From: Dehalococcoidia bacterium
GTDB lineage: Bacteria; Chloroflexota; Dehalococcoidia; Dehalococcoidales; RBG-16-60-22
Direction of reading: 5' to 3'
NCBI GenBank assembly: GCA_011174815.1
Contig: DUFF01000023.1
Location: 368-64,367, forward strand
Length of the DNA stretch: 64,000 nucleotides
Position numbers and translations under genes: made by a program. The notes beneath the pieces are model-generated. The model saw only the letters and a program-made list of their open reading frames with translations. It did not search any database and was not told the DNA's origin. This document shows positions 25,876 through 33,726 of the stretch, one piece after another; position 1 is the stretch's first letter; every line of letters starts with the position of its first letter.

Positions 25876-27006
25876 ATGAAGCTTTTTGAGTTTGAAGCCA
25901 AGGATATCCTGCACAAATACGGCATCACAACGCCGATGGGAAAGGTGGTCAGCAGTCCCGCTGAAGCGGAAGCGGCCGCCGCAGAAATCGGCGCACCGGT
26001 GGCCTTGAAATCCCAGGTGCTGGTTTCAGGCAGGGGCAAGTCAGGCGGAATACTGTTCGCCAATGGTCCGGCAGAGGCGAAAGAAATCGCCACCAGACTT
26101 TTCGGCAGCACCATCAAAGGCTTGCCGGTTAACAACATCCTAGTGGAACAAAAAATTGACCTTATCGAGGAATATTATGCTTCTCTTACCATAGACCGTC
26201 AGGCCAAAAAATATGCAGTCATGGCGTCCACCAGCGGCGGCGTTGACATTGAGGAAATCGCCCGGACTGCACCGGAAAAAATATCCCGCCATCACGTCGA
26301 CCCCGGCACCGGTTTCAGTCAGGATACGGCTCTGGAACTGGCGGCACGTTTACCAGACATAGACAGAGAAGATGCCATCCGGCTGGGCAATATCCTGCAT
26401 ACACTCTACGGCATCGCTATGGACTGCGATGCCGAGCTGGTTGAAATCAATCCGCTGGCCAAGACAGAAACAGAAGAACTGGTGGCCTGTGATGCCCGTG
26501 TGATAATCGATGATAACGCTCTTTTCCGGCACCCGGAGTTCGCCGATTCTTTATATATCAGGCTGGAGGCCAGTCCCGCCGAGGTTGAGGCAAGAAAGCA
26601 GGGGCTGGCGTATGTTGACCTCGATGGTGACATCGGCATTATCGGCAACGGTGCCGGCCTAGTGATGGCCACGCTGGACGTGGTGCACCTTTTCGGCGGC
26701 AAGCCGGCCAACTTCCTGGACACCGGCGGGGGCGTCGGTCCGGAAGTCGTCAGGAAAGGACTCACCGTCATCATGTCCAAACCGCAGGTGAAGGCAATCC
26801 TGGTCAACATCCTGGGCGGAGTAACTCGCTGCGACCTGGTGGCTCAGGGAATTGTCGAAGCGCTCAACGAGTCGACAGCCAGAAAACCGATTGTGGTCCG
26901 GATGATCGGCACGAAAGAGGAGGAGGGTATCCGGATACTCAAGGAGGCAGGAATCGAAAGTTACTCCAATATGGAGGACGCCATTAAAGAAGTGGTGAGG
27001 ATATAG
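25876..27006 (+). CDS. sucC: succinate-CoA ligase (ADP-forming) beta subunit
   Basis: MKLFEFEAKDILHKYGI...ALKSQVLVSGRGKSGGI is the ATP-grasp N-terminus. The C-terminal NILGGVTRCD is also typical. Confidence 0.92.
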   Translation: MKLFEFEAKDILHKYGITTPMGKVVSSPAEAEAAAAEIGAPVALKSQVLVSGRGKSGGILFANGPAEAKEIATRLFGSTIKGLPVNNILVEQKIDLIEEYYASLTIDRQAKKYAVMASTSGGVDIEEIARTAPEKISRHHVDPGTGFSQDTALELAARLPDIDREDAIRLGNILHTLYGIAMDCDAELVEINPLAKTETEELVACDARVIIDDNALFRHPEFADSLYIRLEASPAEVEARKQGLAYVDLDGDIGIIGNGAGLVMATLDVVHLFGGKPANFLDTGGGVGPEVVRKGLTVIMSKPQVKAILVNILGGVTRCDLVAQGIVEALNESTARKPIVVRMIGTKEEEGIRILKEAGIESYSNMEDAIKEVVRI

Positions 27007-27013
27007 TCGGGCT

Positions 27014-27907
27014 ATGAGCATCATCGTCGGCGCAGGCACCAGAGTCCTGGTGCAGGGCATTACCGGAAATGTGGGCAGCTTCCACACCGAGGCGATGCTT
27101 CGTTACGGGACCAATATAGTTGCCGGCGTTACCCCGGGCAAGGGAGGACAGGAAGTGCTCGGCGTGTCCGTTTATGATACAGTCGCCGAGGCGGTCAAAA
27201 AACATAACGCCAACGCCAGCGTGATATACGTTCCACCCCGCTTTGCCGCGGCGGCAATAACGGAAGCCATCGACGCCGGGCTGAAGACGCTGGTGGTGAT
27301 TACCGACCTTGTCCCGCAGAAGGATGCCATCGAGTTTGTTGCCAAAGCAAATCGCAACGGTGTTACCATGGTTGGCCCTAACTGCCCGGGCATCATCAAC
27401 CCCAGCAACCGGGTGCACATGGGCGTGATGCCAGCCCATGTTTTCCGGCCTGGCGGCACCGGTATGATTTCCAGAAGCGGCACCCTCACCTATGAGATTG
27501 CCTCGCTCATCAGCCGTGCCGGGCTCGGACAAAGCACCTGCCTCGGACTGGGCGGTGATACTATTATCGGACTGGACTTCATCCGGGTACTGGAAATGAT
27601 GGAGAATGATGAAGAGACCGAGGCCGTGGTGCTTATCGGCGAAATCGGGGGCAATCTGGAGGAAAAGGCCGCCGAATACATCGGCAAGAAGAAATATCCC
27701 AAGCCGGTTGTGGCCTACATTGCCGGCCGGACCGCGCCTCCGGAAAAGCGCATGGGGCATGCTGGGGCCATCATCAGCGGCACCGCAGGGACGGCCAAAT
27801 CAAAAATCGATGCCTTCCTAGCTAACGGGGTACCGGTGGCGGAGAAACCAAGCGATATACCGCGACTGCTGCTGGAGACACAGCCGGACAAGCCGGGGCG
27901 TCATTAA
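27014..27907 (+). CDS. sucD: succinate-CoA ligase alpha subunit
   Basis: VLVQGITGNVGSFH, MVGPNCPGIINP, SRSGTLTYE and the phosphohistidine loop MGHAGAII are all present. Confidence 0.92.
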   Translation: MSIIVGAGTRVLVQGITGNVGSFHTEAMLRYGTNIVAGVTPGKGGQEVLGVSVYDTVAEAVKKHNANASVIYVPPRFAAAAITEAIDAGLKTLVVITDLVPQKDAIEFVAKANRNGVTMVGPNCPGIINPSNRVHMGVMPAHVFRPGGTGMISRSGTLTYEIASLISRAGLGQSTCLGLGGDTIIGLDFIRVLEMMENDEETEAVVLIGEIGGNLEEKAAEYIGKKKYPKPVVAYIAGRTAPPEKRMGHAGAIISGTAGTAKSKIDAFLANGVPVAEKPSDIPRLLLETQPDKPGRH

Positions 27908-28006
27908 TTTCCTATCGCAGAACCGCCACCACTGAATTTCTACGGCATCAAGCGACTTCCACCACCTTAAAGATAGGTCTCTGCTATGGTATAATTTATA
28001 TTGGAA

Positions 28007-28462
28007 ATGGCGGTCAAGACGGTAGCTACCAATCGCAAGGCGTATCATAACTACCACATCGGTGAGAGCCTGGAGGCGGGCATCGCTCTGACCGGCACGG
28101 AGATAAAATCGATCCGGGAAGGAAGAGTGAGCCTGGGAGATGCCTATGTCAGGCCCGAGGGCGACGAGCTGTGGCTGATGAATGCGCACATCGCGCGCTA
28201 TGAAGCGGGGAGCTACATGAGCCATGAACCCAAGAGGCCGCGAAAGCTGTTGCTGCACCGCAAGCAGATAGCTGGCCTCGCCAGCCAGGTGGCCGAGAAG
28301 GGCCTTACCCTGGTGGCGACGAAGCTGTATCTGAAAGACAGCCGGGCGAAGGTGGCCATTGCCCTGGCCAAAGGCAAAAAACTGTACGATAAACGGGCGA
28401 CAATCACCCAGCGTGAGGTGGAAAGGGAAATCGGACGAGCGGTGAAGAGGCACAAAAGGTAA
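28007..28462 (+). CDS. smpB: SsrA-binding protein SmpB
   Basis: ATNRKAYHNYHI...GIALTGTEIKSIREG...L..AHI..YE and the basic tail KRPRKLLLHR are canonical SmpB. The ATG at 28007 lies 11 nt after an extended -10 (TGGTATAAT, 27987-27995). Confidence 0.92.
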   Translation: MAVKTVATNRKAYHNYHIGESLEAGIALTGTEIKSIREGRVSLGDAYVRPEGDELWLMNAHIARYEAGSYMSHEPKRPRKLLLHRKQIAGLASQVAEKGLTLVATKLYLKDSRAKVAIALAKGKKLYDKRATITQREVEREIGRAVKRHKR

Positions 28463-28492
28463 AGGAGGTCAGACAAGTTCGCCGTAGCTCCT

Positions 28493-28845
28493 GGGGACGC
28501 GTGGTTTCGACAGGGGAAGTAGGCTACAGAGTTGCAGGCTGAGGTGCCATCACCCTCACAAAACAGGTGGCAAAAAGATAAACGGCGAACCTGAAGTCGT
28601 TTACGCAGCTTAAAACTTAGCTGCACATCCAACTCGACCTCTCTCCAACGGGTCGGGATTGGGTGACGCAAAGTTGGGGTGCCGCTGCCGGACGTCGATA
28701 AAGGCAGCGAAAGAAAAATCGACTGGTCTGGTTGAACTCGGTCAGCAGAGGCCAGCCAGATGAGAAAAAAGAGTTGGCTAAGCCTGTAGCATACTCTGGG
28801 TCGCTTCTTCTGGACGGGGAGTTCGACTCTCCCCCGTCTCCACCA
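28493..28845 (+). ncRNA. ssrA: tmRNA (transfer-messenger RNA, SsrA)
   Basis: The 5' end is GGGGACGCGTGGTTTCGACAGGGG. The 3' end is GGGAG-TTCGACT-CTCCC-CCGTCTCC-ACCA, that is T-arm, acceptor 3' strand and CCA. The acceptor stem GGGGACG/CGTCTCC includes the G3:U pair. An internal tag frame ...GGC GAA CCT GAA GTC GTT TAC GCA GCT TAA (28584-28613) has its stop codon in the loop of the hairpin GCAGCT-TAAAACTT-AGCTGC. The gene lies directly downstream of smpB. Confidence 0.92.
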
Positions 28846-30406
28846 GAAACACAGATGAGCCTCCAAGTGGCTCATTGAGGATACGAATCTTAGACCCAGC
28901 ATGGGTCACCGCCACCTGGAAGATCGGTCTGAAGGGTGGCTTTGGTTTTATAGCGACTATCGATTTCGTCTGTTTGGCATCCACATACACCGCATCAAGC
29001 ATACCGAGAAGCAGTTTTCTTTTCTCTTCAATATTAGCTTGAATCCACAGCTTTGGCAGATTCAGGATGAGTTTCCCCGCCTCTTCGGCAGCATCTGCTG
29101 CTGGCACCACCAGTGATTCCAGTTCCATCTCCAAGAGCTTCTTCTGGCGGTGGTATTCTTCATCGGGGAACACACCGTCTATATATGCTCTTGCCATTCT
29201 CCTTAGTTTCTCCTGTGCCGCCCGGCGCTTCTTACTGACCTGATAAACATCATCTTTCAAACTGATAATAGCAAGCACCTCTTCCAGCCATTGAGGACCT
29301 AATTCTATCGCTTCTATCAGACTAGATACCTGCTCGTCCAACGTCTTGCAGGTAATTGAGCCTCCGCCATGACAGAGCCCCTGACTCCTTGAAGCCTTAT
29401 GCTCCCGGTAAAATGGTTTCCCACTCTTGTAAGTCTGTGCCCACATAGGCATTCCGCAGTAGGCACACCTGACTATTCCTTTCAGCAGGTAATGCCTTTC
29501 TGGTCTAACCTGAAGGGTCTCAGAGCGTCCACTGTTCTTCTTCAGCATCATCTGTACCGTCTCAAAAAGGCTTTCGCTGATTAGCGCCTGGTGGATCCCG
29601 GGAAGGAGCTTGTCGCGGTGTGTGATTTTCCCAGCATAGAAATGGTTATGTAATATACCTCTTACCGATGCCGTGGTGAATAGCCTGGGACCAGCAGTGA
29701 GGTTCCCATCAGGCCCGGGCATCTTCTTCGTGTTCCGTGTCCTGAATCCCTGCTCATTGAGCCATGCGGCAAGTTGGCTCAAGGTAGTCGTCCCGGTAGC
29801 GTAGCGCCTGAATAACTCTGTTACTGCACGGCTTTCTTTATCATGGATATGTACGCCACCAGGATGTTCATGCTCACAGATGCGCTTCTTTTCCCCCCTC
29901 TCCCCTTTCACCCAGCATGACTCATAACCGAAGGGTATCCCGCCGGTATGCTTTCCCTCAGCGGCACGCTGGGCAAGTCCTTTACTTACATGATTGGCAA
30001 GAGCACCGGAGAAGTATTCTGCAAATGAGCCCAGCATCTGTGTGAATAGCCTACCCTGTGGCGTGGAGTAATCTATCTGCTCAGAAATTGAAACGAAAGA
30101 AACGTTGGCCTTCGCCAGAATAGAGAAGGACTCCAGCATCACCCGCTGGTTCCGCGACCACCTGTCCAGGGTGTGAGTAACGACGGTATCGAATTGCTGT
30201 TTGGCCGCGTCTTCAAGTAGCTGGCGGAATACCGGGCGCCGGGATATGCTCTCTACATGGGCAGACTTCCCTTCTTCCCGATAGATTTTAACCGCTTCCC
30301 ACCCTCGATTCTTACAAAGTTCTTTGAATAGCCTCTCCTGAGCATCTAGTGAATGCCCGTCTACCTGTGAAATTGAAGATACCCTGAGATAAGCAACGGC
30401 TCTCAT
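28778..30406 (-). CDS. large serine recombinase (island integrase candidate)
   Basis: 542 aa. MRAVAYLRVSSISQVDGHSLDAQ is the resolvase catalytic domain with the nucleophile Ser. A recombinase domain, a zinc ribbon (CAYCGMPMWAQ...CHGGGSITC) and a coiled-coil region follow. The last ~23 codons are antisense to the tmRNA 3' end. Confidence 0.9.
   Translation of the reverse strand: MRAVAYLRVSSISQVDGHSLDAQERLFKELCKNRGWEAVKIYREEGKSAHVESISRRPVFRQLLEDAAKQQFDTVVTHTLDRWSRNQRVMLESFSILAKANVSFVSISEQIDYSTPQGRLFTQMLGSFAEYFSGALANHVSKGLAQRAAEGKHTGGIPFGYESCWVKGERGEKKRICEHEHPGGVHIHDKESRAVTELFRRYATGTTTLSQLAAWLNEQGFRTRNTKKMPGPDGNLTAGPRLFTTASVRGILHNHFYAGKITHRDKLLPGIHQALISESLFETVQMMLKKNSGRSETLQVRPERHYLLKGIVRCAYCGMPMWAQTYKSGKPFYREHKASRSQGLCHGGGSITCKTLDEQVSSLIEAIELGPQWLEEVLAIISLKDDVYQVSKKRRAAQEKLRRMARAYIDGVFPDEEYHRQKKLLEMELESLVVPAADAAEEAGKLILNLPKLWIQANIEEKRKLLLGMLDAVYVDAKQTKSIVAIKPKPPFRPIFQVAVTHAGSKIRILNEPLGGSSVFLVETGESRTPRPEEATQSMLQA
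28818..28849 (+). repeat. attL: left copy of a perfect 32-nt direct repeat (tmRNA 3' end GGAGTTCGACTCTCCCCCGTCTCCACCAGAAA)
   Basis: The identical 32-mer recurs at 54424-54455. Sequence diverges on both sides of both copies. Confidence 0.9.
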
Positions 30407-30606
30407 TTTCCCACCTCTTTCCGGGAAGCAACGGCAAGGGCAATCTCGGCCAAGGTATCCAGAAAGTGTTTTACCATTAGCTCATCGACCTCGCTCGTCT
30501 CCCCCGTTTGTGTGGCGGACAGTGTATACGAAGCGTGTATACCCGTCAACACGTCTGGGCCGTTATTTTCATTGCTGCCCGGCACTTCCATCTTTATCCC
30601 CGGCAT
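30403..30606 (-). CDS. small hypothetical protein between the two recombinase genes (possible directionality/accessory factor)
   Basis: This 67-aa ORF has a 4-nt stop/start overlap with the large recombinase gene. Its start overlaps the resolvase gene end, so an internal start at 30591 is possible. I recognise no motif. Confidence 0.3.
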   Translation of the reverse strand: MPGIKMEVPGSNENNGPDVLTGIHASYTLSATQTGETSEVDELMVKHFLDTLAEIALAVASRKEVGK

Positions 30607-31198
30607 CGATGAGCCTTTTCAGGGTCGCATAGCCAATGTTCAACTCTCTGGCTGCCTGGCAACGCGACACCTGGCCGTGCTCAAGTCGCTCCAAAATACC
30701 TCCAAAACGGCGTTTGAACCCTCGCCTATCCGTTACCCTTGGCCTGCCGATTTTGTGTCCCTGTTTCCTTGCCCTTTCCATGCCCGCTTTTACTCTTTCC
30801 CGGAGAATGCCTCTTTCCAGCTGGGCATAGGCAACCGTGATGTAATAAAGGGCTTCGCCAAATGGCGAAGTTGTGTCCAGCCAAGGTTCGGAATATGACC
30901 TGAGACCTACACCCCACGTTTTCAATCTCTCCAGTGTCGTGGCAGCATCAAGAACAGACCTGAAGGCTCTGTCCATGCGCCAGACGAGGAGAAGGTCAAA
31001 GCGCCTCTTGCTGGCATCATCCAGCAGTTCCCGCCAGGCTGTGCGGTGGAGAAGGTCGGTGGCCGGGGCATGATCCACAAACTCTACATAGGTCTCCCAC
31101 TCCTGGGCCTTTACGAATTCACGCATAGGAATAAGCTGAGTAAACGGATCCTGGTCCTTATCAGTAGTAGATACACGGGCATAGAGACAGACCTTCAT
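30569..31198 (-). CDS. small serine recombinase (resolvase/invertase type) with C-terminal HTH
   Basis: MKVCLYARVSTTDKDQD contains the catalytic Ser. LLLVWRMDRAFRS, GLRSYSEPWLDT and YAQLERGILRERVKAGMERARKQGHKIGRP follow, then the HTH AARELNIGYATLKRLI. Confidence 0.88.
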   Translation of the reverse strand: MKVCLYARVSTTDKDQDPFTQLIPMREFVKAQEWETYVEFVDHAPATDLLHRTAWRELLDDASKRRFDLLLVWRMDRAFRSVLDAATTLERLKTWGVGLRSYSEPWLDTTSPFGEALYYITVAYAQLERGILRERVKAGMERARKQGHKIGRPRVTDRRGFKRRFGGILERLEHGQVSRCQAARELNIGYATLKRLIDAGDKDGSAGQQ

Positions 31199-32067
31199 GG
31201 ATTTCCTTCTTTGCGTCTGAAGATTTTATCCAGGAGCGACCGCTTCTCCCCAAGCTGCCTTGACAGAGTGTCAATTTCGTCTCTGGCTTCTTTGATGGCC
31301 TGCTCAAGGATAGCCAGTTCTACCCACCCCATACGCTTTTGGATTTTTACAATTCTATCGGCGAGTTCCTCTTCTCTGGCAACCAGCCCTCGCTCTTTAG
31401 CCGAGATATCCCTGACTTTCGCCTCGTGTGTGGCTATTGCAGCTTCAAGCGACTTCTTCCGCTCTTCCAGAGACGGAATGGACCTTATCTTCCTTGATAG
31501 ATTACGGCACTCTTTTTGTAGTTTGTCCACCTTAGCAGCCTGTTCTTTGAGCTTGTTTGCTTCTGATATGAGATAAGGTAACTGCGAGGGTTTATTCCTT
31601 TCTTCTTTTACATAGTTAAGAAGCTCACGTTCCTTGATCCTCAGCTTGACTATATCCTTCCATTCTTTCTCCAGTGCCTTGATCCTTTCAGGTAGGTCTT
31701 GGAAATACTTGATGGAAGATTCCAGCTTTTCGGCGAGCTCTTCACATCTTACTGTTATTGCCTTCCTCATCTCTTCCAGCCTTCCACGATCGAGGATGAA
31801 CCGGTTCTTGCCGTGCGTCATGGCGGTGCCTATACCCATACCAGCGAAGACCTGTCCGGTGAATGAGGCAGAGACTTCTATGCCGTACTCTCTGATCGCT
31901 CTTTCGGTTATCTGGCTTGCCGTAGCCCGTGTGGTCTCTTCGATGGACATGAGACAGGCAGCCTGAACGAGGGCAAGCTGTACCTTGAGTTCCCGAAGCC
32001 CGTTGCTGGCTGAATTGCCTTTAAGCATGTTCAACATGCGCTCATCAATCTGTCTGTTTAAAACCAT
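31195..32067 (-). CDS. hypothetical coiled-coil protein
   Basis: 290 aa. The C-terminal two thirds are rich in heptad-like charged repeats (KALEKEWKDIVKLRIKERELL...). It has a 4-nt overlap with the resolvase start. Confidence 0.5.
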   Translation of the reverse strand: MVLNRQIDERMLNMLKGNSASNGLRELKVQLALVQAACLMSIEETTRATASQITERAIREYGIEVSASFTGQVFAGMGIGTAMTHGKNRFILDRGRLEEMRKAITVRCEELAEKLESSIKYFQDLPERIKALEKEWKDIVKLRIKERELLNYVKEERNKPSQLPYLISEANKLKEQAAKVDKLQKECRNLSRKIRSIPSLEERKKSLEAAIATHEAKVRDISAKERGLVAREEELADRIVKIQKRMGWVELAILEQAIKEARDEIDTLSRQLGEKRSLLDKIFRRKEGNP

Positions 32068-32091
32068 CTTGATATCTTCCCTATACTAGTA

Positions 32092-32325
32092 CTATTGTAA
32101 ACGCCTTTTTCGCTCGTCTCTCACTGTACCCATCCCCGTACCACTACCCTTCGATTCAATTTCATGGAATACTCTGTTCACATATTCCTGATCTGTGATG
32201 AAACCTCTAAAATGCCTTCCGTCTTTCGGACATTTGAGCATGATGAATGACTTATTCGATTTACGCCCTCTCGCTATTCTCACAGATAGCGGGTTTGAAC
32301 ATATAGGGCAGTTTATCTCTTTCAT
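32092..32325 (-). CDS. small zinc-ribbon protein
   Basis: 77 aa with CPICSN...CPKDG, a four-Cys-type ribbon. It has a 4-nt overlap with the upstream ParB-like gene. Confidence 0.5.
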   Translation of the reverse strand: MKEINCPICSNPLSVRIARGRKSNKSFIMLKCPKDGRHFRGFITDQEYVNRVFHEIESKGSGTGMGTVRDERKRRLQ

Positions 32326-32954
32326 TCTTCCTTCACGTTCTCCAGGTAGAATCTACAGAGCAGATAGACCGCATTTCCGCGGGTATTTGGGTTGTCGAAA
32401 GAATCATCTTTTACCCTTGGTAGTATCCTGCTAACTGCCTCTTCAACCAGTTCCAGCTGTTTGTAAGTGAACTGTAACTGCATGTGCTTTAACTTGGCAG
32501 CCTGTGCCTGCTCCCATGCCTCAAGGTGCTGAGCGATATCAGTATGTGTGAAGGAAGAGAGAGTCCTTAAACTGTAGGCGGTTTCGGGCAGCAGAGAAAG
32601 TACTTCATTCTCCGGTATCGAAGCGAGGATGCTTCTCAGCAGTTCACCTTTGAGAGCTAGATCATCTTCACCACGGAGACCATTGAGAGCCTGTGCTAAT
32701 AGCATCGCTTCATCGTCATTCAGATTGACTACCACACAGGGAACGGTTTGTGATTTAAGGTCGCTGATAATCCTGAAACGTTGGTTCCCGGATAGTACCT
32801 CATAAGCTCCATTCTTGGGTCTCACCACCAGAGGCTCAACGAGACCATAGCGTACCAGGCTTTCCTTGAGTCGCTCCTGCATGGACTCGTCCATCTGGTT
32901 CGGGTTCCAAGGAGCTTCATGAAGCTGGTCAGGCGAGATTTCAACTATCTTCAT
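32322..32954 (-). CDS. ParB N-terminal (ParB-like nuclease) domain protein
   Basis: APWNPNQMDESMQERLKESLVRYGLVEPLVVRPKNGAYEVLSGNQRFRI matches the ParB/Srx-fold N-terminal domain pattern (NPN..., G-x-x-R box). Confidence 0.75.
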   Translation of the reverse strand: MKIVEISPDQLHEAPWNPNQMDESMQERLKESLVRYGLVEPLVVRPKNGAYEVLSGNQRFRIISDLKSQTVPCVVVNLNDDEAMLLAQALNGLRGEDDLALKGELLRSILASIPENEVLSLLPETAYSLRTLSSFTHTDIAQHLEAWEQAQAAKLKHMQLQFTYKQLELVEEAVSRILPRVKDDSFDNPNTRGNAVYLLCRFYLENVKEE

Positions 32955-33006
32955 CGTTCCTTCCCTGTACTAATGATGAGGGGGTACAAGGGGGAGAAGC
33001 TCGTCA

Positions 33007-33726
33007 TTATTGCATACCATACCCCCATACCATACCCTCTTCCTTCTTGGGATATGGAAGCTCTTTAACAGTTAAATCGGGTCTCAGCGACTTATCCAGC
33101 AAGTAGATATACCTGTGCTTACGTGGCTGAGGAATGACTTTCACCCTGGTCCCGCATGATTCGAAGTGCTTTATAGAATGAGTGCCATAGCTGTGACTTA
33201 AGCTTCTGGAATGCCTTACCTTGCCATCTCCCAGATCGAACATGGGCATCGCCTCACTTAGTCCCGTATAGAGCCACCCGGTAGCCTGGTATATCGTCCC
33301 CATGTGTCCCTGAGAGGGATCAGCATAGCTCACCAGGAATTTAACCTTTGTGTGTTTCTTCAAGGCTCTGAGGCATATGCTTATTACCCTTGATTCCGAG
33401 TTGGAAGGTAATTCATCAGATAGCCAGAGTCTGGTTAAAGTCAGGCAGTCTTCAGGCGTTGTTCCCGAAACAAGCTGGTAAGCATTAGCCGGGCCTGATC
33501 CAAAGGCAATAGCCCCTGATAGTCTTCCATTCACCAGTGCACCGAATACCAGCTTGGTGCCACCGGGCATACTGTGAAGGTAATGGTTCTTGACTATCAG
33601 CCTCCTGGCAGCTATGAAGGGGATGGGTTGCACCCGGATGGAGTGGAGCGCCGTGCTGGGACTCGGACCCGCTCCTGCCCCCTGGACAGGGACCGTGCTT
33701 ACCCTTACACTAACGGCGCCAGTCAT
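33007..33726 (-). CDS. GNAT-fold protein resembling the phage Mom-like / prophage acyltransferase family (candidate DNA-base modification enzyme)
   Basis: AARRLIVKNHYLHSMPGGTKLVFGALVNGRLSGAIAFG...LTRLWLSDELPSNSESRVISICLRAL...LVSYADPSQGHMGTIYQATGWLYTG matches, from memory, the pattern of proteins annotated as Mom-family adenine-modification or GNAT proteins in prophages. I did not verify this by search. Confidence 0.4.
   Translation of the reverse strand: MTGAVSVRVSTVPVQGAGAGPSPSTALHSIRVQPIPFIAARRLIVKNHYLHSMPGGTKLVFGALVNGRLSGAIAFGSGPANAYQLVSGTTPEDCLTLTRLWLSDELPSNSESRVISICLRALKKHTKVKFLVSYADPSQGHMGTIYQATGWLYTGLSEAMPMFDLGDGKVRHSRSLSHSYGTHSIKHFESCGTRVKVIPQPRKHRYIYLLDKSLRPDLTVKELPYPKKEEGMVWGYGMQ

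Noticed and set aside
28213-28902. A 229-aa minus-strand ORF spans smpB, the whole tmRNA and attL.
   Set aside because: It is antisense to two very well-supported genes (SmpB and tmRNA), has no motif and has a low-complexity translation.
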